DNA from: the human T2T-CHM13v2.0 reference genome, Homo sapiens
Assembly: GCF_009914755.1 (NCBI RefSeq)
Contig: NC_060940.1
DNA length: 64,000 bases
Strand: one strand, 5' to 3'
Shown here: piece after piece, positions 1 through 24,710 of the stretch
How positions within the stretch are numbered: position 1 is the stretch's first letter
Layout of the letters: the number at the start of each line of letters is the position of its first letter
Made by a program: the position numbers and the translations under genes
The notes under the pieces: model-generated
What the model was told of the DNA's origin: nothing
The model's input: the letters and a program-made list of their open reading frames with translations, nothing else
Databases searched by the model: none

Positions 1-2790
<2,790 letters not shown>

Positions 2791-2804
2791 TTTATTGATT
2801 TGTT

Positions 2805-3078
2805 TATTTTTGAGATGGAGTCTCACTGTCTCCGAGGCTGGAGACCAGTGATGCTATCTCTATTTACTGCAACGTCCACCTCCTGGGTTCAAGCGATTCT
2901 TGCGCCTCAGCCTCCTGAGTAGCTGGGACTACCACCCTCAGCTAATTTTTGTATTTTTAGCAGAAATGAGGTTTCCCCATGTTGGCCAAGGCTGATCTCC
3001 AACTCTTGAGCTCAAGTGATCCACCTTTCTCAGCCTCCCAAAGTGCTAGGATTACAGGCATGAGCCACCACGCCAGGC
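2805..3078 (-). mobile_element. Alu in CPHXL2 intron 1 at the end of duplication block A
   Basis: Antisense Alu directly after the last sequence shared with CPHXL. Confidence 0.88.
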
Positions 3079-3379
3079 GTAAAATTTTATTTTTTAATAG
3101 CCTTCAAGCCTTACTCAATCTGTACCCTTCTGTAAATTTATTCCTGACATCGCTTCTTCTTTTCCCCCTCACTCAGTGCCCCGCAGCTATGTCAGTCTCT
3201 TTGCTTGTCCTTTGAACACCTGGAGGAATCTCCACTCGGGCTATTCTCTCTTCCTGGGAAGGTCTCCACTTCTTCCTCTTCTGATCCCCTTGATTCACTC
3301 CCTCACCTCCCTCCATGCCTTTGTTCAAAACTCACTTTCCCAGGGAGTCCTACCCTAACCACCCTATTAAAAATGGAAA

Positions 3380-8915
<5,536 letters not shown>

Positions 8916-9277
8916 ATTGCTCTCTGCTTTAATAATTATTAATACACAGCCAGTCTTTGTCTGATCTAGAACCCATCCATTCAAACTTCCCCCCAAGATT
9001 TTTTACCTTTTAATAAAATTTGATCTGTAGGTATTTTTGTCTGTCTAAAAACTAAAGAATTTTATAAACAAGAATCATAATTGGGTTTAATTTTTAAATG
9101 CCTAGTCCTATCTAAAAGCTGCAGTGTCCTGTTGTACCCCCAGTGAATAATATCAAACTGACTGCCCACAATCTTCACTATTATAAGGTAAAAGTTGAAA
9201 CCCTACAAAACCCTCATTTTCATGGAAACAGTCTTCTCACAACAAAACACATTGAGTTCTCTACCAAAGGCACTCAC

Positions 9278-9290
9278 CTTGGGAAGACAT
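9278..9290 (-). CDS. CPHXL2: Candidate CPHXL2 coding exon 1 (MSSQ+G)
   Basis: gacATGTCTTCCCAAG|gtgagt: strong donor, phase 1, gives MSSQAFPAEED; TATA-like TATATTTAAA at about 9353-9362; lies in non-repeat sequence. Confidence 0.7.
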
Positions 9291-9639
9291 GTCGAAGCTC
9301 CAGTCCAGGGCCTTTCCAACTGAAAAAATAATGAATTGTAAAGCTGAATTACTTTAAATATACTCAGAGGTGCCCACCCTAATCACGCCTCCACCCTAGT
9401 CATGCTTTTTTGATTTATTTACAGAACCCACCTTTTCAAATCCTATCTTCTATTCATTGAGATTAATTTTCTTCTTTAATTCTTTAATATCACATTTTCA
9501 TCCTCATTTTACAGGTAAGAACCTTTGGTGTAGAATGGTTCAGAGCCCAGGGTCAGCTCTCCGACCCTGGCCGTCTGACAGCTGATTCCATGCCTGTCAC
9601 CACACACTTATTCTATATAACAGCGATTCTGTACACTCT

Positions 9640-10795
<1,156 letters not shown>

Positions 10796-11528
10796 TGAAA
10801 CTGACCCAATAGTTTCATTGACAGCCTTTTTTTTTGATAAACTAGAAATGGGCTCTTCTTGTCTTAAAGCTTGAAACTTATGGTTTTATGTGAGTTTTTA
10901 TTTTTTTATTTTTAGGAAAGAACTCCCAGGCCTCTCAAAAAGTATTAAAGAACTAAAACTTGGCCAGGCACAGTGGCTTACGCCTTTAATCCCAGCACCT
11001 TGGGATGCTGAGACGGGTGGATTACTCAAGGTTAGGAATTCCAGACCAACCTAATCAACATGGTGAAAAGACTAGCTGGGCGTGGTTGTATGTGCTTGTA
11101 ATCCCTGCTACTGGGTGGCTGAGGCAGGAGGAGGCTTGAACCCAGGAGGCAGAGGTTGCAGTGAGCCAAGATCATGCCTCTGCACTCCAGCCTGGGTAAC
11201 AGAGTGAGACGCCAGTCTCAAAAAAAAAAAAAAAAAAAAAGAATTAACAAAGAACTGAAACTCACTGGATCATCACATCTAAACAATGATACCCCAGTCC
11301 CTTCATTCATCACAATTGCTTCCTTACCCGTCCTGAGTTCCTGTTTTCACATACATGGTTACATTTCTTCCTTGCTATATAAACCCCTAATTTTAGTCAG
11401 TCAGGGAGATGGATTTGAGACTGATCTCCTACCTCCTAGGCTGCAATAATCATTATCTCAGTGATTGGCTTCCTTTGTGGCCAGAAGCCCGACCTAGACT
11501 GAACCCCTGGTGTTTTGGTAACAGATTT

Positions 11529-11546
11529 TGGTTCCCTGACTGGGAA
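11529..11546 (+). other. Retroviral primer-binding site, tRNA-Glu
   Basis: TGGTTCCCTGACTGGGAA is one mismatch from the complement of the tRNA-Glu 3' end (TGGTTCCCTGACCGGGAA), 5 nt after the LTR end. Confidence 0.8.
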
Positions 11547-12110
11547 TGCATTGCTCATGGCTTGGCTGCCAAGGGCTGGGAGTCTCAGAAGCTCTCCTAA
11601 GCTGCTACCAACCCAATTTTGGCTGGAGGTGAGTTTCTGTCTCTCCCTGGCCACACTGCAGCCAGCCCCAGCTATGTTCCCGATTGCCTGGGAAGAATAG
11701 CCTTTGAAATTTGACATCTGTATCCTGATAGGTGAATGTCCTTTGTGGGTCCATACGGCAGGATCTGCTCCTCTCAACTTGGGAAATTTTTAAAGGAAGT
11801 TCCATTTGTAGGTTGAACAAGGCCAACTGGCTGAGAGAGGAAATGCCCTGTTTTAGAGTGGACATTCCTGAGGGATTGTTGTGTAATTGTGCATTGTGTG
11901 TGAGCCCAGGCAAGTGAGTGTCTTTTGTGGGTACCAGACAACAGGATTGGTTCTCAACTGAGAAATTACGAAGGAATTTTTGTTTGTAGGTCGATCAAGC
12001 CCAACTGATGGAGAGAGGAAGCACGCTGATTCTTTCAGTGTGGACACTCTCCAGACTTGCTTGCTGCTGCAGCAGTTGGATTGTATTTTGGTGATTGTTG
12101 TGTGTGTTAA

Positions 12111-12450
<340 letters not shown>

Positions 12451-13087
12451 TAGAGTTTGATAAACTGATGTTATCTGGTAATACTGTTTGGCCCAAGTGT
12501 TTTTTGAAATCTGAAGTTTGCTGTTGAGTGGGAAATTGGAATGGAATTCCATGTATCCAGGCTTTGATGCTGTTGTTCTAAGCAGGGCTGGGCCTGATTA
12601 GTATGTGACGTCTTTCTGTGGTGCTGTTTGGCCCCACTATTCTTTAGAGTCTGGGGAGGTTTGGCCTTTAAAAATCAAACTGCCATGGAAACTGCTTTAC
12701 CAAAAATTTTGGTTGATAGCCTTCATTGGATTACCTACCAGGGCAAACAAAGTGCAGCCACGTAAACCAGTGAGTTAGTATTGCTGTCTTATGGCTAGAC
12801 TTCTGAGGTTAAACTACTGGATCTTTGTTTATGTGTGTGTATACATGTCTAGATGTGTTTTTGTACGTACATTTATTATATGTTGTGTTTGCCAAATTGG
12901 CTTATAAATAAAAGAGCGCTCATAAATTAAACCAAAAGCATTTTTTAAGTTCATGTGACTTAGGTAAACCTTTAAAAAGGCTTTAAGATTATTGGTAAAA
13001 TGAAAAAATAGAAAGGCCTTCAGAATTGTCAGCATAAATTTTTGTCTGGATTTTATATTTGTCTCTGCTAGATATTTTGAGGCCTCA

Positions 13088-13480
<393 letters not shown>

Positions 13481-13844
13481 CTAATTTAATGTTGTTAGTG
13501 AATCTTCTGAGTTACGGGAAAAATATCTACGTATTTACCTTTAAGATTCCTACTTAGGTGAGTACCTGATGTTCACGGGCTATTAAAAAGACTGATTAAC
13601 AAGGAAATAACTAAGTTTATCTAGCTGTGTCTAATATCTCAGTTTTCAAAAAAAATCTCAATTTTCAGAAGTAATCCAAGTAAATTGTTAAAAATGAAAG
13701 AATTGAGTCCATGTAAATAAGATAAATGTTGCAGGTGAACTCTTTGTGTCATTGAAAATCTTAAAATTATTTTTGATGCTCATTGGATGTCAAGGTCATT
13801 TCCAATGAAGACAAAGTTATGATGTGAAGCAATATATTTCTTTT

Positions 13845-14600
13845 TAAAATTTATTTATTTTAAATTGCAATGTTTTTTGGGGAACAGGTGGTTTTTGGTT
13901 ACATGGATAAGTTTGTTAGTGGTAATTTCTGAGATTTTTGGTTCACTCGTCACCTGAACATTGTACACTATACACAATGTGTAGTCTTTTATCCCTCACT
14001 GTTTCCCACCCTTCCCCTGAGTCCCCAAAGTTTATTATATCATTCTTATGTCTTTGCATCCTCACAGCTTAGCTCTCACTTGTAAGTGAGAACATAAAAT
14101 GTTTGGTTTTCCATTCCTGAGTTACTTCACTTAGAATAATGGTCTCCAACTTTATCCAGGTTGCTGCAAATGCCATTATTTCATTCCTTTGTATGACTGA
14201 ATAGTATTCCATGGTATGTATGTATATATATACATTACATTTTAAAAATTAACTCATTGGTTGATGGGTGTTTATGCTGGTTTCATATTTTTTCAATTGT
14301 GAATTGTGCTGCTAGAAACGTGTGTGCAAGTGTCTTTTTCCTATAATGACTTCTTTTCCTCTGATGTGGGATCGCTGGATCAAATGGTAGTTCTACTTTT
14401 AGTTCTTTATGGAATCTCCATAGTGTTTTCCATAGTGGTTGCATAGTTTACGTTCCCACTAGCAGTGTACAAGTGTTCCCCTTTCACCATATCCACGACA
14501 ACATCTACTATGTTTTGATTTTTAATTTATGGCCATTTTTGCAGGAGTAAGGTGGTATCTCATTGTGGTTTTAATTTGCATTTTCCTGATAATAAGTGAT
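13845..14600 (-). mobile_element. L1 3'-end fragment (L1PB/L1MA-like)
   Basis: Typical antisense L1 3' end: ttccattcctgagttacttcacttagaataatgg...ggtatctcattgtggttttaatttgcatt. Confidence 0.85.
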
Positions 14601-17086
14601 TGTTAAGAGGCAGAAAAGAGACAGAGACAAGGGTTGGGGTGGCTGGACAGTAACACGCGTTTATTGGATGAGGAAATCTGCGGAGAGAGACACCACTGAG
14701 CGCAGGAGTCCTAGCCCCGCTTACAGACTAGGGCAGTTATAGGTCCGGCGGGGAGGGAGGGAAGTGTTGCAAAACGGGATGGGGGTAGTGCCGCTAGCTG
14801 CTGAAAAGGGAGAAAATTCCTGTGGTCAGGTGGTTGGGCCTGGGACCTGCCTGGTTGTTTCCACGGCCTAGGCCCCAGTGGAATTTTCCATCCTGGCGAG
14901 GGTGTCCATAATGGCAGGGGTTTACAGGATGGCACAGCTTGGCTAACATTCCTGTCTTTTACTTCTGTATAAAACGAATAGAGGCGTTGTTGATTATGTG
15001 ACTGCTTCCTGCTGAGTAGGGGCGCTGAAATCAGGGTTTGGGTTTTGAAGCAGTGGATGTCGGACTTCAGAGTCGCTTTCACGGAGGCTCTGATACTGGA
15101 CTTGGTGGAGGAGAAGGATGGTATCAATATGTTTCTGGGTGTTTGCCTGGCCAAGACAGTTCAGCCTTTGGGAGATAAAGAGGGATATGAAGGTGAGTAT
15201 GCATGGGCCAATTGTTAGTATTAGGAGGAGGAAGATTAGAAGCCCTAAGAAAGGGACATCCCAACGCATCCACTTTAGGAGGAATGACCCCTGCCACCAA
15301 GAGTCAGTGACTTGAAGTCAGATTTCTACAGCCCTGTCACAGAGCCTGCGGGCTGTGTCACAATCAATGCCAGATTCATTAACATAAAACAGCATTCTTG
15401 CTTGAACCTGGGAGGTGGAGGTTGCAGTGAGCCGAGATCACGCCACAGCACTCCAGCCTGGGCGACAAAGCGAGACTCCTTCTCAAAAAAAATACAAACA
15501 AAAAAACACCTCAGCATTCTTTTTGGAGGCATATACATGTGCCCCCTTTCTCAGTGATTAGCAGGTCTAGGGCCCTCCAGTTTTGGAGGACGACTCCAGC
15601 AACGGAGTCTATCTGCCTCTGGAGGTTTGTAATGGAGGTATGCATGTCCTCTAGGGTACTATAAAGGACTGTGGAGATTTTTTGATATAGGCCGTCGAGG
15701 TTGATACACCTGCTGTTCTGGTGCTGAGTGTGGCAGAGATGCTTAACCCTCTTAACAAGGGAATGAGATGCAGACCCTGCCTACTGCATGTGGAAGAGGA
15801 TGAGATAGGGGTCACTAAAGGAACCTGGATGGTCTGGTTGTTTGGCAGGATGTTAATGTCTGGAGATTGAGACACTAGGGTGCATGCTCCTGACCAATTG
15901 GTTGGTAGGCAGAGATAAGAGTTCCTGCCACAAAGGAAGAAGACACGTGGGGTGGACGGACAAATGTTGTAGGTTATGGTGGCAAACCATAAGGAAATGG
16001 GAGCTGAGTCTTCAGAGAAGCCCTCTCGGATGCTTTTCTCATTCTCTCATATTGAAAAGCCATCTGCAAGGGCGGCCCCAGTGAGAAGCTGATAAGGTAT
16101 GTCAGTGGGGGAAGAGGTGAAGGAAATGTGATTTTGCAGGGAGAGGAAAAAAGAGGTTCTGTCCACTAACAGCCATTGTGAGTTGGAAGAAGGGCTGGGA
16201 TGGAGGAAGCATGAGAGAGAGGAGTCATGGCATTTCCTCCAAGGGAGTCCCTTAACACTTGGTGGGTGTCGCTGACAGAGAGGGGTGGGGGAGAAGATAA
16301 GGGAAGTGGGTGCTGAGATGAAAGGGGGGCCAGAAAATAACAGTAGATTTTTGAAGGCTGAGGAAGACCCTATTCAGTGATTTATTTGGTGATTTTGATG
16401 ATCCTGAGATGGGTTGAGAGTGAGGGTGAAGTTGCACAGGGATGGAAGTAGGCTCCCCCCTAGAGTCTTATGAGGGGGTTGGAGAAGAATCAGCTAAAGC
16501 AGAGGGGGCCCTGAGCTATGAGTGACGTCTGGGTGGAAATAAGGCCTTCAGTGGGTGGTCTGGGGGGATTTGCCTCTGTTAGGGATAGACGAGGATTAAG
16601 GAGTTATAGTAGGGTAACAGCCCTGCGTTCAGGGTTTTGGAAAGAGTGAAATGTTTGTGGAGGGAAGGTGTTTAAATGGCTGAGGGTATAAAAAGTTTCT
16701 GTAAATGGAATGCCCTCATATGTGAGGTATAGGGTTATGACAGACAGGGTCCAGGTGTGTAAGTCTGCAGGGATGGCGGTGAACCATTGGGTCTGTGGGG
16801 ATATGCATAACCAGCAGTTAGAGGAGAGGGGAGGCTGGCTTGGCTAAGGAGGTTGTGTGGCAGGTTGACGAAGGGTGCCCAACTGCCAAAGGTTGGGGGT
16901 GGGGACTTAGAACATCCCACAGACAAAGAAGACAAGAGGAGAAAAAGGAGATTTGAGTAGGAGTGAAATGTTGAAAGGTGCCCTGCAGCCATAGCTCCTG
17001 GATTATTAGTGTGAAGAATTGGAGTGAACTATCCAGGGTTGTGGGGAGGGAATACAAGGAAAGATCTGAAAGAAAGTATGGAGACC
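14601..17086 (-). mobile_element. Class I ERV fragment: env remnant plus 3' LTR (about 14601-14948)
   Basis: Minus strand encodes [27 protein letters not shown][Alu]CF (ISD plus CX6CC), fusion-peptide-like GLHLIPLL and transmembrane LLILTIGPCIL; purine tract then TGTTAG...TTAACA LTR. Confidence 0.88.
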
Positions 17087-17135
17087 AGGATTTCAATATC
17101 AGCCTGGCCAACATGGCTAAATGCTGTCTCTACTA

Positions 17136-17243
<108 letters not shown>

Positions 17244-18992
17244 TCAGATTGCTGCCACTGCACTCCAGCCTGGGTGACAGAGTGAGACTCCATCTCAAAA
17301 AGAAGAAGAAGAAAAAAAAGAAGACGTATGTTTCATAAAGAAGGTTATAAAGAAAAGATAATAATTTTGTATGAGAAAGCACCTTGTTTGGCGAATTTTT
17401 TTCTAAAGTAAAATGAATCATTACTAAAAAAAAAAAAGAAAAGAAAAAAAGAAAACATTTAGGACAAAACAAAAACTTCAAGCATGCCATAGATGATCTG
17501 TGTAAGTCATTTGCAGTTTTTTTCTGTTTCTCTGTATCTATCTTCATGCACATAAAAAGAAAATGGAAAGATGAAAAAGTTTAGATAATAAAATATTATT
17601 TAAAACCTGATAGAAAATTGGAGAAGGTTGGCTAATTAACATTGCTCAGAGTTAAAGGTCTTAGTGTTGACGAAAGTAAAAGAAGAAATGTTATAAAGAA
17701 ACACATTGGCAGTTTGGCAATTATTATTATTATTTTTTATTTTCATTTTTTTGAGATGGAGTCTTGTTCTGTCACCCAACCTGGAGTGCAGTGGCATGAT
17801 CTTGGCTCACTGCAACCTCCTCCTCCCGGGTTCAAATGATTCTCCTGCCTCAGCCTCCTGAGTAGCTGGGACTACAGGCACATGCCACCATGCCCAGCTA
17901 ATTTTTGTATTTTTAGTAGAGATGGGGTTTCACCGTATTGGTCAGGCTGGTCTTGAACTCCTGACGTCGTAATCCACCTGCCTCGGCCTCCCAAAGTGGT
18001 GGGATTACAGGCATGAGCCACTGCGCCCGGCTGGCAATTATTTTTTAATATAGTTAAGCATGAAGCCAGATTTAGCTTGCAGCCAAATTTCACACATGCT
18101 TGCAGTGCTTCACGCTATATTTGCAATTCTGTATAGATAGTACTATCAGTAAAGTGCTTGTTGGTCATGTACCTAAAGTGAATTTCTTAATTGCACAAAA
18201 TGTGTACTGTTAATGGTGAACTTAAAAACATCAAATTGTGTATCAGGAACAAAATATCCATATATATATATTTTTAGGTTCTGGTAACACTTTAACCTCT
18301 AAGGTAAACTGAGTAGGAGAAAAATTGGGGATTGGTTTCCTGTTTATTTATTTTTGCTTCTAATTTTCATTTATTTGCTTTTCTCTTTTGGGTTTTACTT
18401 ATATATACATATAAAAACAATTGATGTGTTTTAGGTTTCCCAAGAAAGGCTTTTATTTGGTCCTATGAATAGTCATCATGTTTTCTATGAGTTTCTAATA
18501 ATTCATTGTTTGCTCTATTTATCTAAAGTTCTTAAGCTACCTTTGTCAAGCCTGTAAAAATTGATAAAGGGCACTGACTATTTAAAATTTGATTCGTTTT
18601 GCTTACCTCTAGTAATCTAGAGAGCTATAAAAGATTTAAGGTTTCTGGCCAAAATAATTAAAAGACTTATTTTAAAAGTTCTGAGCAGAAATAGTACATT
18701 TCTTGTTTGAAAAGGTAGATGAGAATAAAAATGTTTAAATAGTGTTTATTTCCAAGGTAATTCAATTCAATCAATAATTTGAATTGGTTTCAGATCTTTT
18801 CCTTCAGGTAATGAGAAAACACTGTGTTATGGGCACACATTTTTAATGTTCAGAAACAATTGGCCTTTCCATAAGGAAACTACATGGATTGGGATTTCTT
18901 TCAAACTAATTTAGTTGTGTTGACCATTATTAAACTTAAGTGACATTCATTTGGATTAAGTAGTAATTTTAAAATGTGAGGCTTTCTAGTGA

Positions 18993-19301
<309 letters not shown>

Positions 19302-21895
19302 TAATCCTAGGCCATTTATCTATCACTGATGAGCCTTCATGTATGTACTTTAAAACAAAATATATACAAATCTTGCACTGGTTTGAAGATTTTAGTAATG
19401 AAAAGTTACCCAATCGGTTGTCAGTATGTTATCTAGAAACCAATCTTAGAAATGTGTGATGACGTTTTTTCAAAATAGCTGAAAAGAAATTATTCTGTGC
19501 CTGCTTTTACTTTGTCCTTGTTTTGTCCTATAATATTAAGTGAAGGGAGATTATTTAGCCTCATATTGAATTTCCAAAACTGATATTTGTGTTTGCCATT
19601 TTTTAATGATGGAGAGAAAAGTTCGTTATCTTACTTTGATAAGTTTGACATAGGATCTATCACTTTTTGAAGCTTTTGGTGACAGTTGTCACTAGAATGC
19701 TAGCAATTAGATATATGCAATGAATAACTTGGTTACATTAATAAAATGTCTTGAAGTGCTGCAGACAGTAACTCTTGGACACCAAATCACAGTGTTTTCA
19801 TTTGTGACATGTTAGAGAGAATGACAGTACTTTCTGTGGTATAAATATCCCATTACCTAATGCTAGTTCTGTTAAGTTTCAGGGCTTTGACTCCTGAGTC
19901 TGAAAAAGCCACCACCCTCTGCTAAATCTTAAGCATTAAGACCAGTTGAAGTCTCATCTTCAGACTCAGTAGAAGATGACAATCAAAATGAACTGTTTTC
20001 ATGAGACATGGGTCCAGGAATAAAAACCACTCAATCCCTCTAGGCCCAGGGACTATCAAAGTAGAGGTGGTTGCCTGAGACTGTAAGGGCTGATTTTGAG
20101 GGAGAAGATTAGTTCAGTTTTTCTTTTTGTTTGTTTGAGACAAGGTCTCCCTCTGTCACCCAGTGCAGTGGCGCCATCACGGCTTACCACAACCTCTGCC
20201 TCCCAGGCTCAAGCAATCTTCTCACCTCCACATCCTGAATAGCTGAGACCACAGATGCACACCACCATACCTGCCTTGGCCTCCCAGGGTGCTGGGATTA
20301 CAGGTGTGAGCCACCACACTGGGCCTGGAGTTTCTCTATAAATCAGACATTAATATCAAAAGCACACTGATGCATGGCCAGCATCTGATCCCTTGTATTG
20401 GAAAAGCAGAGTTTTCTTGGAACATAGATCTACTCTTTAATAAAAAAAAAAAAGGTTATAAAACATTGATGGAAATCTTTCCTTATGGTGGAACTGATTA
20501 AAATTTTAATAGTTAAAATTAATCACAAAATTAATTCAATTTTAATTTAATTAAAATTAGTTTCCTGAAGTCCAAGAGAGACATATTAGGCTTATTAGAC
20601 TTATTTGTTATGTTAGAGCTATGTAGGAAGCATTGTCAAATCTGAGGTGGTGTTTAGCTTCCTTTGGGTCGTATTTATATAGATGTGTTGTTAATGTTAA
20701 TAAAATACTCTATGAGATTTTTAAAATTCTCGTATGTCTTAATATATATTGTCAGTAGTAATTATGATTATTATAATTGTTGTATGCCACAGAAATAAGC
20801 AAATTTCCTTGTTGACTGTGTCTTTAACTATGGCTGTCTTAAGATTTTGTCACCTATTATTGTTTTCTTTTGCTTTGATTCTTCTCCAAAAAATGACTTA
20901 TAACTACAGTCCAGGGCTTGCTTCTTTGACTCCTGAGTCTGAAAAAGCCACCACCCCCTGCTAAATCTTAAGCATTAACACCAGTTGAAGTCTTATCTTC
21001 AGACTCAGTAGAAGATGACAATCAAAATGAATTGTTTTCATGAGACACGGGTCTTTGGGAGAGTTCATAAAAAAAAAAATCTTTTTTTTTTTTTTTTTTT
21101 TTTTTGAGACAGATTTTCTCTTTGTTACCCAGGTTGGAATGCAGTGGCACAAGCTTGGCTCACTGCAACCTCTGTCTCCTAGGTTCAGATGATTCTCTTG
21201 CCACAGCCACATGAGTGGCTGGGATTACAGGTGTGTGTCACCATGACTGACTAATTTTTATATTTTTGTTAGAAACAGGGTTTGCCATGTTGGCTGGGCT
21301 AGTCTGGAACTCCTGACCTCAAGTGATCTGCCCACCTCGGCTTCCCAAAGTGCTGAGATTATAGGTGTGAGCCACCGTTCCCAGCCAAAAAGGACTCTTA
21401 AATGCAGATTTCTGATAACTTTGGAGATTGTGCCATTGGATGAGAGAGAAAATTTCCAGGGCATGAATGGAAAGGCTGACATGTTCATAAATATTGCTGA
21501 CCTATTTTGAAGCACAGCAGGGAGTTGATTGCATGGATTGGACTAATGGAGGACTGAAATAAATTTGTATTGCTTTTTGTTGATGTTGTTTATTACAAAC
21601 ATTGCTGATTCTTCAGAGTCTGGAGAGCTTTTTTTTTTGAGCTATTTATACCCTTTAACAATTGAGTAGAGTATACTCTTGTAAACAGAATTTGAGGCTT
21701 ATTTCTCTCTCTGCCTAATTGCTCAAGAACTTGTAAATTAGTTGTGAATGTTCTTCATTCCTGGCAACATGTTTGCATAAGTGCAATAAGAATCTGTTTT
21801 CTGTCCGGGTGTAGTGGCTCACGCCGTAATCCCAGCACTTTGGGAGCCTGAGGTGGGTGGATCACGAGGTCAGGAGATTGAGACCATCCTGGCTA

Positions 21896-22554
<659 letters not shown>

Positions 22555-24086
22555 TCAGGCCAAGTATATGGGACTGAAGCTTATTTTGCAGGTAGGTTGG
22601 TTCTGCTGTGATTTGTCTTTGGCGGAAATTGGGGACTGAAGAGAGAAAGACTGTGTTTCTGAAGAAAACTACAGTATTAGATTAACCTTTGATTCCTGGG
22701 TGGCCACGTGGTCGCCCATAGCATGGAGCTGCCGACAACGTTCTTCCTCAGCATGAAGGAGCCAGTAAGGCTGGCGATCAGGTTCCTCATGATTGAGGAA
22801 TCAATAAATAGAAAAAGCGGACTGGACTGAAATTGACCCAATAGTCTTATAGACAGTTTTTTTTGAATAAACATAGAAATCAACCCTTCTGGTCTTAAAG
22901 GATGAAACTTAACATTTATTTTATCTGAGTTCCTTCCGCAGGAAAGAAGCCCCCAGGCCTCTCAAAAAGTATCAAAGAACTGAGAGTCACCAGATAGTCA
23001 CATCCAAACGATTGAATGCCAGGCCCTTCATTCATCATGAATGATTCCTTACCCTTTCCAAGTTCCTGTTGTCCCATGCGTAGTTACGTTTCTTCCCTGC
23101 TATGTAACTCCCTAATTTAATCAGTAAGAGTGATGGATTTGAGACTGATCTCCTGTCTCCTCAGCTGTAGTGCCCGATTAAAGCCTTCTTCTTTGGCAAT
23201 AATTATTGTTTCGTGATTGGCTTTCCATGTGGCCAGCAGCAGGACCTAGACTGAAGCCCTGGTATTTTGGTAACATGAACATAGACTGGTCCTGGCTAGT
23301 TTTGGAGGCAGATAATGCAGGTAAAAAGAGTCTTCAGCAAGGCTTCCCTTCTAACAAAAAGCAGCCCCCAAATCATTTCTTTTCTAACAAAAAGGCTTTT
23401 CTATGCCTTTTCCCATCTCTTCTCCTTCTGAAACTCCCCAAATTTCTATATTTGTTCACTTAATGATATCCCATATGTCATATAGGCTTTCTTCATTCTT
23501 TTTTATTCTTTTATTCTTTGCTTTTCATCTGACTAAGGTATTTCAGAAGACCTGTCTTCAGCCAGGTGTGGTGGCTCACACCTGTAATCCCAGCATTTTG
23601 GGAGGCTGAGGTGGGTTGATTCCTTGAGCTCAGGAGTTCGAGACCGGCCTGGGCAGCATGGCGAAAACCTGTTTCTACCAAAAATACAAAAATTAGCTCA
23701 GTGTGATGGCACATGTGCCAGTAGTCCCAGCTACTCAGGAGACTGGGGTGGGATGATCACTTGAGCCTGGGAGGTTGAGGCTGAGATGGGAGAATTGCTT
23801 GAGCCCAGGAGGTTGAGGCTGCAGTCAGCCAAGATGGTGCCACTCCACTCCAGCCTGGGTAACAGAGTGAGATCCTGTCTCAAAAACAAAACCAAAAACC
23901 AAAAAACACACTGACAAACAAAACAGAAAAAAAAAATATAAAACTTGTTTTTGTAACCTGGGGAACTCCTTCCACATATGTGTTGGAAGTAGGGAGGAGT
24001 GACTGTTTATACTAAGAGCTCTAATCTTTGCCTGCAAACAAGAATTATCCAGGGGAGCAATTTAAAAATAAAGCTAGGCATGGTAT

Positions 24087-24710
24087 TGATACAGGAGGTA
24101 GAGAGAAATTATTTAGGCAGATAGGGAGGGTAAAAGGATCCCCAACAAGACTTCCCTTTTAACAAAAGCAGCCCCAAATCTTTACTAACAAAAAACAGCC
24201 TGTCAAATGGAACTGTAGACATAGATAAGCAAGCTGGAAGCTCGCATGAATAAATGCCAGCAGCTGTGCTAATAGAAAAGGGCTACCTGGAAGCCAGCTA
24301 GGTTCAACATGGAGGCTTTCTTTTCTTTTTTCTTTGTCACTACGTGTACAGTAAAAAAGCAGGCAACATGGTGGCGGCCAGGTAGAGAACACATCTGCAT
24401 AATAAGATTTGGATGGGGTAGCCAGCTTCTTTGCATGCTATGCAAATGGCACATCTGGTCTGACCAATCTTTGGTGCCCTATGTAAATCAGACACCACCC
24501 CCTCAAGCTCATCTATAAAACCTTCTGCATTTCTCTGTGGAAGTGGCAAACCATTTTCTCCAGGACCCCTCTCTGCACAGAGAGCTCTTCTCTTTCTTTG
24601 GCCTCATTCTTAACCTCATTCTTGTGTGTCTGTATCCTAGTTTTCCGTGGCCGTGGGACAGTGAACCTCAGGTGTTACCCCAGATGATGACACTGCTTTG
24701 GTATTAACAC
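24087..24710 (+). mobile_element. Solo LTR (MER50-like)
   Basis: TGATACAGGAGGTAGAGAGAAATTATTTAGGCAGATAG start; CCAAT and TATAAAA elements; right boundary approximate. Confidence 0.7.

Noticed and set aside
14994-17000. Possible domesticated env (syncytin-like) gene
   Set aside because: Fragmented by stops, frameshifts and an Alu; the furin site is degraded.
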